DNA of 64,000 bases, from contig NC_043003.1 of the NCBI RefSeq assembly GCF_006345805.1, forward strand, positions 72,912,001-72,976,000, read 5' to 3'. The stretch is from Octopus sinensis. Its lineage: Eukaryota. How positions within the stretch are numbered: position 1 is the first letter of the stretch; every line of letters begins with the position of its first letter. Position numbers and translations under genes: made by a program. Of the stretch, positions 50,204 through 63,653 are shown one piece after another. The notes beneath the pieces were generated by a model, which did not search any database, was not told where the DNA came from, and worked only from the letters and a program-made list of their open reading frames with translations.

Positions 50204-50681
50204 CACAAACCTGAAGGCATTGTCGAAAATAGAATTGCAAAGAGCCTATGGGATTTTATGATTCAGTGCGACCATGAGATTTAGAATAAGAAGCCGGACA
50301 TTGTCTTAATTGAGAAAGAAAACAAACTATGCTGGATCATAGGTTTAGCATGCCCATCTGACAAGAAGATATGCAATAAGGAAGAAAGAAAAGTTGAGAG
50401 ATATGACAGGTTAGCTTGGGAAGTTAAGCAGTTGTGGTCGATGAAAAGGGTAGCAGTAGTACCAATAATTGTCGGAGCCCTGGGAACAGTGAGCAAAAAT
50501 CTCCAGAGGTACGTGGAACAAATAGAGCCTGCAATAAGGGTGGAGCACTTGCAGAAAACAGCACTGTTTAGAACCGCTCAAATACTCCGGAAGGTGCTCG
50601 AAAAATAAGATGTTACCTTAGTTCCCTGATAGTGAACAGCTGATCCTATAGTAAATCTCCAGCGTTAGAAACTGTGCAAAG
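50204..50681 (+). mobile_element. 5'-truncated R4/Dong-like LINE (RLE domain only) lying between (AAT)n and (CAA)n/(AAT) repeats
   Basis: HKPEGIVEN..LWDFMIQCDHEI*NKKPDIVLIEK..IGLACP..VVPIIVGALG..LQKTALFRTAQILRKVL* (stop at 50606-50608). Confidence 0.9.
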
Positions 50682-50799
50682 CAACAACAAAAACAACAAC
50701 AACAATAACAACAACAACAATAATAGTAATAACAAAAACAAATCTAATCTAATAACATCAATGCAATGAGATAAAGGAAGATGTGGAAGACTTGAAGGA

Positions 50800-51365
50800 A
50801 GCGGTTTTTTTAACGAAAATAATCACAAAAAATGAAATTTCACTGCCATTCAAAAGAAGTGCAGGTATTTTGGAATACAATTTGTTTAGAAGAAAAAAAA
50901 CACACACAATGAAATAGCCCCTTGGATTGATAGAATATCTACAGGCTTAGACTACTTAGAAGAGCAAAAGTGGGAGGGTATCAAGGTAGAGGATGTAAGA
51001 TCTGCTCTCAGGAAGTCAAGCAAATGGAAGTCTTCAGGAAAGGATAGAATTCCTAACTTCTGGTTGAATGCCTTCCCAGAGAGCCATGAACTGCTAACAA
51101 AACTTTACAACAATGTTTTACAACAACCTAGTATGATTCCCTCTTGGCTAGTTAATGGTGAAACATTTCTACTTCCAAAAAATGAAAAAAACAAATGAAC
51201 AAAAAATTATAGACCCATATAATGTATAAATGTATAAAATACTAACATCTGTCTTGACTGAATATACCTATAGTTTTTCAATTGAAAGTGGCATATTCCA
51301 TAATGAGCAAAAAGGATGTAATCGTGGGTCGTATGGTTGTACACACGCAGATGTCGTACGCGACT
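50800..51365 (+). mobile_element. R4/Dong-like RT N-terminal fragment
   Basis: LRKSSKWKSSGKDRIPNFWLNAF..PSWLVNGETFLLPK..NYRPI..YKILTSVL..EQKGC.RGSYGC. Confidence 0.85.
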
Positions 51366-52184
51366 GATAAAGAACCTTGCATTGTACTGGGCTTGATTCT
51401 AATCGATTAAAACCCTTCATGATACATGGATATGTTCTCTTACTAGTCTCAATGGTTACATGGAAGCCAATCTGCTACAGTGTTCTCAGGGTCGACATTG
51501 AGCATATAAAGTTATGTCTTTACAACATAAAAAATTTAAAGGGACTGAAGTTTGGTTTTGTTGTCGCACCGATGTTAATAATATCTGATGAATACTTTAA
51601 CATAGTCTTCGTCGTCCGAAGAAGAAAAAAATAATGAGTAATTAAAAGTAGATCAAGAGGATATTTAAGAAAACGGAGGAAGAGAAGGATTATGAAGCTG
51701 AAATTTAATTTCTACTGATTTAGCAACATATGTATGGGTTACTTCATACTGTCGACAATAGAAATGTTATATAATAAGCAGTATCTATTTTTAACATTTA
51801 CAATTTCTGTATTTCAGGTTACAAAATATTTGCGGAGATAAAAAGATGTAAAAGCTTGAGGTGTTTCTTTCTCTAGTCGTATTTCCTTAAACTGCTAACC
51901 TTTAATTATGTTACCCAACAAATGACTACCATCTGACTAATTTCATTGTCGTAATCAACTGCTATGCGGTTTGGAATATGCAATTAACCCCCATCATCTA
52001 ACATTCCACCATTCGATCACAACTGACAGCTAACTGTAAACATGGGACAACCTCATCCTCCTCCTCCTCCCTCCGCCGCCGCCGTTATTCTCTCTCTCTC
52101 CCCGAACTTGTCCTATGTCTCTTGTGGATCGTATAAAAAAACTCTCTCCCTCTCTCACTCTCTATCTATCTATCTATCTATCTC

Positions 52185-52263
<79 letters not shown>

Positions 52264-53375
52264 GTGTGGCTGTGGCTGTGGCTGTGTGTATCTGTATGAG
52301 TGTGTGTGTGTGTGTGTGTCTGTGTGTGTGTGTCTGTCTTCCTGTCAGTCTGTCCATCTGCTTGTCTATCTCTACGTGTGCATGTATGTATCTATGTATG
52401 TATGAATGTATGTATTATGTATGCAAGTATGTATTATGTAGTTAGGTTTGTAGGTTGGTATAAAGAAGTGGGGAAACGAGAGACTTTTTACGTTTCGGTG
52501 GAGACATTCAGCTAGTATGAAAAATTTACTTTACTTTTGATTTCGACTCTGCATGACTACCATCTTATAACTTCCTTATTTACTTACACTTCTCTCTTCT
52601 GTTTTTGTTGATTACCCACTCTCTCTTTTACTCCATTTTCTTTGACTCTTGCTGTCTTTATCTCTCACCTTTCACGATCAATCTTTCTCTAGCATTCGAG
52701 AGAAACGATTTCGTTTCTCTTTTTACATCAAATGCGTCCAGTAAGAGCGCCATGATATCTCTTGTAAACTCTCTCAGCGGACTTTTACAATGAAGTGGAG
52801 AAAATCGGATAAAACACAGACAATTCCGACATGGATTCTACAGTTCAGAGAGACAGATATACCAAACTTACCTCGGGTAAGTCAAACTCACTCACTAACA
52901 CACACACACACACACACACACATACAATACATAAAACTTTATTTAGTACCGTTGTATTGATATCAGTCATTGTATGAGGTAACTCTTTCATGTTTCTGTG
53001 TGCGTGTATGTATCTATGTATATGTGTGTGTATCTTTATGTGTATAGAGATGTATATATGCACGCATATATATATACATCCGTATATGTATGCCTATATA
53101 TGCATAAATGCTTATATTTTCATATATGGTACGTCTCTGCGTATGTATATATATACACAAACTTCAACAATGTAACTAAACGTGTGCGGTTGGCGATTTT
53201 TTCTTTTCCATCTTTAGACTTTTCCTTTTCTTCTTTCCGACGAAGAGCTATGCTCAAAACGTCAAGCTCTCTCCTTTCCCCGAGCATCAAGATAATACAT
53301 TTCTTATGCATGTCCTCACGTTCGTTCTTTTGATTTGTCTTTATTTGAATTGTTTGAATTGACTCTATATATTCT

Positions 53376-53596
53376 TTTACTTGTTTCAGTCACTTGACTG
53401 TGGCCATGCTGCAGCACCACCTTTTTTAGTCGAGCAAATCGACCCCAGGACTTATTCTTTGTAAGCCTAGTACTTATTCTATCGGTCTCTTTTGCTGAAC
53501 CACTAAGTTACGGGGACGTAAACATACCACCATCGATGTTGGGGGGATAAACATAGACGCACGAACACATACATGCATACATACATACAAACATAC

Positions 53597-53645
<49 letters not shown>

Positions 53646-53858
53646 AATATATATATATATATAATATATATATAATATACATACATACGTATATATATAT
53701 GACGGACTTTTTTCAGTTTCCGTCTACCAAATCCACTCACAAGGATTTGATCGGCCCGAGGCTATAGTAGAAAACACTTGCCCAAGGTATCACGCAGTGG
53801 GACTGAATCCGAGACCATGTGGTTCGTAAGCAAGCTACTCACCACACAGCCACTTCTA

Positions 53859-53861
<3 letters not shown>
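53376..53861 (-). mobile_element. SINE family A, complete, with an expanded internal microsatellite
   Basis: Reverse complement of the 35077 copy. Confidence 0.9.
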
Positions 53862-53900
<39 letters not shown>

Positions 53901-53910
53901 ATATATATAT

Positions 53911-54605
53911 CCGGTCATTAAGAATGAAATGTCCGATTTTCTTATGCATCAAGTTTGCCAGTCGTTAACTCTAATGTTTTATCATGACAATTCTTTGTTT
54001 TACAATCTTGAAAAGTTACATCACCACTTTTCGAAATGTAATCGATGGTGCCTGATTACATTGTGAGTTTTCCCTTGTAAATCAATTTTTGTGAACCCAT
54101 GGATAGATCAAAGATGTGTGTTGTTTATGATCATTAGTTCTGTCATGGAACAATGCATCCCCGACAGCTCGAAACATCAAGGAGGGTGTTTTGGTGGATA
54201 TGTGGCGAATGAGTACACTGAACGTCGATGGTTTGATAAGTTCCGGTCTGGTGGCTTTATTCTTGAAAATCAGCCCCTTGGTAGACCTGAGGCCAAGGTG
54301 TATGGAAACTGCAGTGTAAGCGGATACATCTCAAACTACGCGTGAGTTAGCAGCAAGGTTTGATGTTTTGACTCCAATTGTATTGGACCATCTGAAACAA
54401 ATCGGCAAGGTAAAGAAGCTGGACAAGTGGGTACCACACGAACTGAAAGAGCATCAACTGGCACGTCGTTTTGAAACTTGCTGTTCTTTGCTGTCAGGGC
54501 ATAAAAGTGAACAATCTTTGTGATGGAAAATGGATTCTTTTCAATAATAGCAAGCGGTCTGCACAGTGGTTGGATAGAGACGAAGTACCAAGACACAATC
54601 CCCAA
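53911..54605 (+). mobile_element. Mariner transposase relic (5' part)
   Basis: VANEYTERRWFDKFRSG..GRP; LDHLKQIGKVKKLDKWVPHEL; CDGKWILFNN. Confidence 0.88.
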
Positions 54606-54609
54606 AATA

Positions 54610-54777
54610 ATACAATTCTATATTTAAAAGATGAGGAATTATGTACATTATTTACATTTGACGGATATTTGTACTCATCATGTTTGTTGTTAACACAACG
54701 TTTCGGCTGATATACCCTCCAGCCTTCATCAGGTATCTTGGGGAAATTTCAAACCTGGGTTCTCATTCATTTTTCGA

Positions 54778-54820
<43 letters not shown>
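54610..54820 (-). mobile_element. Short hammerhead-bearing repeat (probable Penelope pseudo-LTR or non-autonomous element) next to (AAT)n
   Basis: Contains the hammerhead at 54692-54737; (ATT)n at 54780-54818; interrupts the mariner relic. Confidence 0.55.
54692..54737 (-). ncRNA. Minimal type I hammerhead ribozyme with an intact core
   Basis: Minus strand GATAC-CTGATGA-A-GGCTG gagggtatat CAGCC-GAAAC-GTT-GTGTT. All core residues are present and stems I and II pair. Confidence 0.8.
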
Positions 54821-54916
54821 AATATTTTTCCTATTCTTCCTTAATACCGGTTCCCATATGCTTTTCATATCTGAATTCGGTCTGCTTAGGAGGTTGTTGT
54901 GTCCTAGTTTATGTGT

Positions 54917-54983
<67 letters not shown>

Positions 54984-55194
54984 GAGAGAGAAATGAAGAA
55001 CTTCGTATCGTAAACTTTTAGGCTTAGGTATCCATAACTTTGTGAGATAAAGCAACCGAATTTGTCAGAAAATATATCGTTGTTGAGCAGAAATTGAGTT
55101 AATCATGACGCACGTGTAAATCCTCCCCACTTGGTTAGGATTCAGCTTAAGTCAAGGAATTCGAAACAAACAAACTGTTTCAATTATCGATGGG

Positions 55195-55600
55195 TTCATA
55201 TAATAGTGCTGACATATGGGACCTAGTATTGCTTTTTATACTAGATATTCTCAAGTCCATGTTCTCTCTCATATTATTGGTTTGACTTGAGATGATAGAT
55301 TCGGTATATTCTATGGATGTGATGCTTATACACTAGATACCTTTTGGATAACCGCCTTTAATAGAATAAGTCTCAAAATCACAATAGTTACAAACCCAAA
55401 TAAAACAGTTAGATGTATACAAACTTGAATATATACAAAAGCAGTCTGGCCACCCCGCTATAGCCTCTAAAATTCTTAGAGCTAACATTAGCAATAAGAT
55501 CTCCAAGTTATCTTCCTCTAAAGACATTTTAGATAAGATAATTTCCTATATTAACAACACACTGATCGACGGTAACTTCAAAGAGAAGAAAGCACACACT
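55195..55600 (+). mobile_element. Highly degenerate Penelope-like RT fragment
   Basis: KITIVTN and YIQKQSGHP..NISNKISKLSSSKDILDK..YINNTL..GNF resemble the PLE thumb region at 9400-9570. Confidence 0.5.
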
Positions 55601-56176
55601 TCGACCCTAACAAGAACCAAACCTAAAAGTAGATCTAGATGATGATCAATCGTTCGGTCACAGACCGAGAATAAAGCTGGAGTAGAGAGGGTACCTCATT
55701 GATGAGGTCACGAATGACGTCGAAAGCTTTTGACAAAATCTGACTGATTGATCCATTGACCAAACGGTTAATTAAACAATCGGTTAGTTAATTGGTTAAA
55801 TAGTTAATCAATTGACAATTAAATAAATAATAATTAAGTGAAATAGAACTAGTACATATATTTATAATTGACATTATGACGCTCCCGATATATGTGCGTG
55901 TGCACGTGTGTGTTTATGTGCAAGTTTGTGTGTGTGTATCATCTAATGTATTCAGGCATTTCGTCTGTGTTGTAAGGGAAAGTAGAAATCTAGACAAAGG
56001 GGGCAGGATTCGTTTCATTTCGTATCAGAGTTCTTATCTAGTTTGTCTTTCACAACCTAATTGCAGTAGATAGAAATTCACTTGTTTTCTATCGACTCCT
56101 GCGTTCTGTTTGCACATTCTCAATTTTTATTCTTTATTTCGTCTTTAGTTTTCTCTCCAATATATTCTTTTCTTCT

Positions 56177-56377
56177 CTAGGCACAAGGCCAGAAATTTTT
56201 TGGGAGGGGGCCAGTCGATTAGATCGATTCCAGTACGCAACTGGTACTTAATTTATCGACCCCGAAAGGATGAAAGGCAAAGTCGACCTCGGCGAAATTT
56301 GAACTCAGAACGTAAAGACGGACAAAATACCGATAAGCATTTCGCCCAGCGTGTTAACGTTTCTGCCAGCTCGCCGT
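56177..56377 (-). mobile_element. Second tRNA-headed SINE family (B) with a conserved central domain
   Basis: Minus strand GGCGAGCTGGCAGAA (A box), GAGTTCAAAT (B box), then GAGGTCGACTTTGCCTTTCATCCTTTCGGGGTCGATAAATTAAGTACCAG, a core typical of widespread metazoan SINE superfamilies. The specific domain name is not assigned. Confidence 0.8.
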
Positions 56378-56559
56378 CTTTTCCTCTCTCCAATATATTG
56401 ATTTAAGTTCAAAATAGCAGTGAGAAGTCAAGATGCGTTTAATGTACTACATGTTTAGTTTACTGAGAGATAGACAGTCAGACAGATATATAAATAAATA
56501 GACAGATACAGAGAGAGTGAGAGGGAGAGAGTGTGTGTGTGAGACTCTGTGTGTGTGTG

Positions 56560-56604
<45 letters not shown>

Positions 56605-57160
56605 GACAGACAGATGATCAATTATATAATTTCATTGGCATTCATCATTGGTTGTTGATCTTAGACTTTAAACATAGTAAGAGGAGTTTCTATTTACTAA
56701 TAGCATGAATAATCTCAGTGAATTGAAGTTTATGAACTCAATATGTAATATAAGTGAGACACAAGCTCATTCGTTTATGCCTTCCAACAGTCTTATAAAG
56801 TACAACTGACAATGAATTGCACTTCTATTCTCTTTACAATTTAAAAAATTTATCGTCTTTATTTTATTTTCATAAATATTTCAAAAACTATTTCTTGATT
56901 CATTTCCCGTTCACACTCCGTTATAATAGATTTAAGAAAACTTAATCTCTTTTGACACAATTTAATTTTCTTCTTCGTCAATTTCTGTTATTCATTCTGT
57001 ATAAGTTAAATTTTTTTAAACGCCTGGCATTATTTCAATTTTCTACGTGACATTTACTTCGCCAGTTTAGTTCATAGTCTTGCTTGAAGTCTTAAACATT
57101 TTCTAAAGCATTAAACGAATGCAAACGTATGCATAGGAATATGTATTAATATAATGTACA

Positions 57161-57161
<1 letters not shown>

Positions 57162-57206
<45 letters not shown>

Positions 57207-57462
57207 ATATCTATCTATCTAATCTATCTATATATCTGATCTGTATGTCTGTCTGTCTGTCTGTCTGTCTGTCTGGCAGTCTGTCTGTCTGTCTGTATGT
57301 CTGTCTGTTCTGTATCTATCTATCTATCTATCTATCTATCGTCTGTCTGTCTGTCTTGTCTTTCTGTCTGTCTGTCTGTCTGTCCGTCCTTCTGTCCGTC
57401 CGTCCATCTGTCCGTCTGTCCGTCCGTCCGTCCGTCCGTCCGTCTGTCTGTATGTCTGTCTG

Positions 57463-57517
<55 letters not shown>

Positions 57518-57601
57518 GTCTGTCTGTCTGTCTGTCTGTCCATCCTTCCGTCCGTCCGTCCGTCCGTCTGTCCGTCCGTCCGTCCGTCCGTCCGTCCGTC
57601 C

Positions 57602-57635
<34 letters not shown>

Positions 57636-57655
57636 ATATCTATTTATCTATCTAT
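57162..57655. repeat. Compound (TATC)n/(TGTC)n/(CGTC)n array with higher-order duplication
   Basis: Direct reading; the TGTC>CGTC>TGTC>TATC order repeats twice. Confidence 0.92.
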
Positions 57656-57699
57656 CAACATACATACAGATTGCACTTATTTGTTTTTATAGTTTTCTA

Positions 57700-58835
57700 T
57701 TAAATATGGCGATCTGATAAACGAAAGTGGTTCAAATTTATTGCCAAAATAGAAACATCGTAGCAAAAGCCGGTCGTTTGTTATTAGGAGAATTTAACAT
57801 TCGGCAATTGTAGGGCCGAAATATAAGCTTTACTAGAAATTGAAAGAACAGGAAACGTTAGTGATGCCCTAAGATCGCGAAGGCCAGTTTCAGCAACAAG
57901 CTTAGGAAAAAGTCCGATGAAATGAGAATCATTGTTGAGCAGTCCTCAAAAATCTAGTATATGTCTTTCTTCAGAATTAGGTATCAGTGATAGAAGGGTT
58001 CGTAGACTTCTAAAAAAGCTTAAGATAGGGACCTTATGTCCTTCGCTTGTTACAAATCTTACATGATGGAATGCAGGTAGAAGATTACAGTTTTGTGAAA
58101 TTTTCCCATGTGAAGTCAATAAAGATGATACTTTATCGATACGATATGGTGGTCAGATGAAGCAACCTTCATATTGAAAGGGTTTATCAATCGCCATAGC
58201 TGTGTGTACTGGAGCAATGTTAACTCATATCTTATCTTGGAAAAAGAAGTTAACCTACCAGGAATGACAGTTTGGGCCAATATTTCTTCCATGGGAATAA
58301 TAGGATCGACAATCTTTGATGGAACTTTTCATCAAGATGTACATATGCCGCAGGCTGAAATTTGGCCGGAAGGTGGAAATCAGAATTATATTTATTTTCA
58401 ACTGGATGGTGCACCGCCGCTATATGTGTTAAGTATTTGGCAATGATTAAATCTTAATTTTGAGCGGAGTTGAATAGAAGAACATGGAGCAATTGCATGG
58501 CCATCAAAACCCCTAGATGTAACATGACCTGATTTTTCCTTGTGGGCTATATTTAAATATGCTGTTTAAAAGCACAAACAAACGAATTCCTGAATTAAAA
58601 CAGGTAATTTTTGAAATTAACGCAGAAACATGTCATAGGTTTTGTAAAAGTATTGCTAATAGAGTTGACCGTTGTATTGAACAAGAAGGAAATTATTTTG
58701 AACATGTTAATTAATTGATTAATCATAGCAGATCATGTTGATTTGATGACGCAATACTTATAAATTCTTTTAAACTGCAGTAATTTTATTTCCTTCAATA
58801 AAAGTAAATAATAAGGCAGTTACTTATGTCACGCC

Positions 58836-58838
<3 letters not shown>
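57700..58838 (+). mobile_element. DD41D (rosa-type) Tc1/mariner transposase pseudogene
   Basis: WWSDEATF..INRHSCVYW; QLDGAPP...PDF with 41 codons counted between the two Asp; 3' end CGCCCTG-TA. Confidence 0.85.
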
Positions 58839-58899
<61 letters not shown>

Positions 58900-58904
58900 A
58901 AATA

Positions 58905-59139
58905 CAGGTTGGCCAAAAGTCACCTCAGTAAATCGAAACCTATATAATTCCAGGGTTAAAACAAGAGATTATTTTATATGGAGCTTCAATAATAAATAGA
59001 CAAATGTTGAAAGAAAATGGTGATTTTAACTCGCACCATTCAATTATTAAACATTCATAATTAGAAGGAATAAATAGAATAGAATATCAAGCATTTATGG
59101 AATATTGATTTACTGTCGGGCGACTTTTGGCCAACCCTG
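58905..59139. mobile_element. Tc1/mariner-type MITE with TA flanks
   Basis: TIRs CAGGTTGGCCAAAAGTCACC..AGTAAATC / GATTTACT..GGCGACTTTTGGCCAACCCTG; TA on both sides. Confidence 0.9.
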
Positions 59140-59176
<37 letters not shown>

Positions 59177-59179
59177 ACA

Positions 59180-59222
<43 letters not shown>

Positions 59223-59237
59223 TATTATATAGCTACT

Positions 59238-59655
59238 AATGAGTAGCCGCAGCCGGGGCTATGTAAAAAGTTTGCTTCTTAAAACACATGGTTCCGGGTT
59301 CAGCACTACTCTGCGATACTTTCGGCCCGTGTCTTCTACTACAGCGTCGTTCCGACCAAAGCATTGCGAGTGGATTTGGTACACAAAGCAAAAGAAGCCC
59401 GTCGTGTGTGTGTGTATATTATATATATATTATATATATATATTATATATATATATATATATAATATATATATACATATATAAACACATATATGTGTGTT
59501 ATTTTTCCTGTGTTTGCTCTCCTACCACGGCATTCACATCACCATAACTTGTGGGTTCAGCAAAAGACACCGATAGAATAAGTAACAGGGTTTAAAAAAT
59601 AAGTACTAGGGACGAATCGGTGAACTAAAATTCTTCAAGGTAGTCAAATGAAAAG
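59238..59655 (+). mobile_element. SINE family A, complete but diverged
   Basis: CACATGGTTCCGGGTTCAG head, GAGTGGATTTGGTA body, ACCGATAGAATAAGTA 3' half. Confidence 0.8.
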
Positions 59656-59667
59656 ATAATGTATATA

Positions 59668-60589
59668 TAGGGTGGGTGAAAAGTAAGTAGGCATTAAAAA
59701 TTGGTAAGAAAAAAATCTACATTCCTTTCACAAATTTATTCAAACAAATGATACATGTTCCTTATTGCATGGGAAAATGAAATTAAATCTTCATATTTCA
59801 ACGTAAGCACCGGTGGCGTCAACCAGTTTCCTCAAATGGTCAGGGATGGAATGAACAACCATCTGAAGGGCGTCGTGTGGGACATCATTAAGAGCCTCCT
59901 GAATTCGTCAAGCCATCCAGTGTGCGAGGTTGTGTCTTGTACATCTACTTTTTTTGTGTTATCCCACAGGTAAAAATCACATGGAGTGAGATCTGGACCT
60001 CTTGGAGTTCTAGACCTCTGGACTTCTGCTGTCACAGTCTTCAGGTTTTAGCTCATGCACATAATGGGGTTTCCACAGGCAACACCATACGCATTGTGGG
60101 TCGTGTTAATCTACTTTTACAAGCTGCTTGACGTGTTGATTTTTGCGGGTTGCGATTAAACTTTTCCTGTACTGTTGCCACGTTCTCCGCTGATTGGGGT
60201 GTGGTTGGACGGCCACTTCTTGCATCGTTCACAGAATCCGTGGTCATCAACTTTGCATGACAATTTGTTATTGTCTCCGGACATAGTATTGCATGATTAC
60301 CTTTCCATGCATGCCACCAGCTCTGAACCAAAACAATGGAATTTCAGACTTCATAGCATGCTGCCATCTTAGCTCGCTCTTGAACAGTCAAGCGGCCGGC
60401 CATCTTGAAAATAATAAAGATGAAATAAGACAATATGAAAATAATAAATTCCCAATGGTGTTGTCTGTTTAAGAAATGTTTTCGTTATAACTTCAGTGAA
60501 ACTAACAATTCTATAAGCAATTTCTTTATTAGATAGATATGTTAATTTTTTAAACAATTTTAATGCCTAGTTAGTTTTCACCCACCATG
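59668..60589 (-). mobile_element. Internally deleted Tc1/mariner (DD41D-like) element with both TIRs
   Basis: TIRs GGTGGGTGAAAAGTAAGTAGGCATTAAAA / TTTTAATGCCTAGTTAGTTTTCACCCACC; SVNDARSGRPT..ENVATV; PDLTPCDFYLW. Confidence 0.88.
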
Positions 60590-61291
60590 TATATATTCAT
60601 ATTTAAAGAATATTAAAATGTTATAAAATGTGCGCGCACACACATACACACACACACACGCACACACACACATAAATATAAGCATGCATATATCAGAAAT
60701 ATTACTAAGTTCATAAAATGTCGTATGCAAGGTGACACAATGTTATAATATGCATATAATAGGTGTATATATTTATATATGTGTTTGTTTTATAACGTTG
60801 TACTTGTCATAGTTTCTTTGTTCTATTATTTCCTTTATCTCCTCTAATAGTTCATTTTGCAGCTTATGTACTGATATTATAAGATTTGATTGACAATATG
60901 CTTTGTGGAGAGGCAAACGAGACTCTAGAAGTAGCCTTAAAATATGTTTGATGTTCAACGGGAATTATGAATGTAATAAGCAATTAACTCCTTGATATGT
61001 CTTGATATGTCTTGATTACAATCCAACTATCAATGAATAGTTACTCAACCTACTTATACACCACTGTGATTGACAAATATGAGCTGTAAAATGGCTGTCG
61101 TTCTCAAAACTAATTGTAATGCAAATGGATTCACTACAATTAAAATTTGAAGAGTTCAAGTGGGAGATGTGATACGTTGAATGATTGTTTCAATTATACA
61201 ACGTATCACATGCTCCACAACAGCAATCACACACACGCACATACATCTAAGCGTGTAGCGGTGTGTGCGTATGTATGGTTGGATATGCGTA

Positions 61292-61508
61292 CGAGGAGGT
61301 GCTGTAAAATTCCTGGCTTTGAGTGTATCGGGAAAAGCCTGGTTGGGGGTCCAACTTCCTGAGTTCTTTTACAGAGCTTAGAAAATCTGAAGGACTTCTG
61401 CAATAAGTGTGTGAATCTGAGAGGGGAATGTATTGAATAAAATCATAATTAACTGATCCTCCTATATTTTCTTTTACTCAAAGCCAGGAACATTTCGGCA
61501 CACCCTTG
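61292..61508. mobile_element. Mariner-derived MITE with TA flanks
   Basis: TIRs CGAGGAGGTGCTGTAAAATTCCTGGCTTTGAGT / ACTCAAAGCCAGGAACATTTCGGCACACCCTTG. Confidence 0.85.
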
Positions 61509-61919
61509 TATATGCGTATGTATATTAACGAGAAAGGAAAGGAGAGTCCTTCTATAATTCATTTCGAATAAGCCTATATATCGTATAGACAAATTTATTT
61601 TTCTTGTACATTCTATTTTCCTGTACATTCTATATTCTATTTTACATTAGTTTTTGTTACGTTTCCACTTATGGCAATACTTCTAGCGACTTAACTCGCA
61701 TTTATTCTTACGACGATGACAATTCGAAATTATCTCATTTAAAATAAATACCATTCTCCCCACCAAAAATGTAGATTCACAGGAAAAGTAAAATCATTAT
61801 GCAAAAATCCCAAATAATAAAATATAGTAATAGCAACAGAGAAATATGGAAATGATAAAAATATTACACACGCACACACGAACACACGCACATACGCACA
61901 CAAGCACACACGTATTATA

Positions 61920-62158
61920 TATATAAATGTGTATAGTATATATATATATATATATATACATACATAATATGTATATATATATATATATATAATATATATA
62001 TATATATGTGTTGTGTATATATATGTATATATGTATATATACATGTATGCATATATATATATATGTAGATATATATATATATATATACATGTATGCATAT
62101 ATATATGTATATGTAGATATATATATATATATATATTATATATATAAATATTTACACA

Positions 62159-62208
<50 letters not shown>

Positions 62209-62827
62209 ATATATATATATACAATGCATATATATATATGTATATATATATATACTCATCCCGTTTTCATATTTCATTCTCGTAGTCTCCATGATAGTTA
62301 TTATTTAAGTAAACTGTGTGATTTGGCTGGTATTCCTAGTTCATTGTAGCTACGTAGATTCTGTTTTTGTTGGAGCGTTTCTACAAAGGCAGTAGTCTGA
62401 GAGAAAAATCAATGACACATTTGGAAGCACTATCTATAATATTCGTAATATCTTCCAATTTGCTTCTTGGAAACCGAAACTTGCGACATCTAAGGAATGC
62501 TTCAATATCATTATCTTTTTTTCACATGAGAGATTTTGGTTACTATCTGCTGATATTCGATTGTAAGATAATAATCTTCAAAATAAGAAATGGTTTAGCA
62601 ATAATTATTTCGGGATAGGCTTTTCTGGATCTATATCTGTATTACCATCCATATGTCAAGACACTAATACTCATATGTATGCTTGGTATCTATTTCTATC
62701 TACACTCATACACACACACATAACAACCACACATACATACATACATACATACTCACACACACACACACACACACACCACACATATATATATACAAATAAT
62801 GAACAGACACATAAACTAGCACACACA

Positions 62828-62891
<64 letters not shown>

Positions 62892-62954
62892 CATATATAT
62901 ACATATATATATATACATATATACATATATATATACATATATACATACATATAT

Positions 62955-62987
<33 letters not shown>

Positions 62988-63018
62988 TACATATGCATAT
63001 ATGTATAGATATATAGAC

Positions 63019-63051
<33 letters not shown>

Positions 63052-63105
63052 ATATAAATATATACATATATTTATATATAAACATATATATGTACATATA
63101 TATGT
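61920..63105. repeat. Extended (TA)n/(CA)n/(TACATA)n microsatellite fields
   Basis: Direct reading. Comparable (TA)n/(CA)n fields occur at ~4300-4600, 5160-5330, 13040-13300, 13530-13850, 17870-18055 and 44800-45005. Confidence 0.97.
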
Positions 63106-63115
63106 ACTATTTACT

Positions 63116-63511
63116 GTTTTACTTGTTTCAGTCATTTGACTGCGGCCATGCTGGAACACCGCCTTTAGCCGAGCAAATCAACTCCAGGACTTATTGTTTG
63201 GAAACGTAGTACTTATTCTGTCGATCTCTTTTGCCGAACCGCTAAGTTACGGGGACGTAAACACACCACCATCGGTTGTCAAGCGATGTTGGGGGTCAAA
63301 CACAGACACACAAACATATACACACACATACATATACATATTCATATATACGACGGGCTTCTTTCAGTTTCCATCTACCAAATCCACTCACCAGTCTTTG
63401 GTCGGCCCGAAGTTATAGTAGAAGACACTTGCCCAAGATGCTACGCAGTGGGAATGAACCTGGCACTGTGTGGTTGGTAAACAAGGTATTTACCACAAAG
63501 CCACTCTTGCG

Positions 63512-63513
<2 letters not shown>
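63116..63513 (-). mobile_element. SINE family A, complete
   Basis: Reverse complement of the 35077 copy. Confidence 0.9.
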
Positions 63514-63579
<66 letters not shown>

Positions 63580-63584
63580 TATTT

Positions 63585-63653
<69 letters not shown>

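Noticed and set aside
58400-58560. In-frame TGA codons in the DD41D transposase read as selenocysteine
   Set aside because: Two replace Trp-type positions (TGG>TGA decay), TAA stops and frameshifts also occur, and no SECIS was seen.
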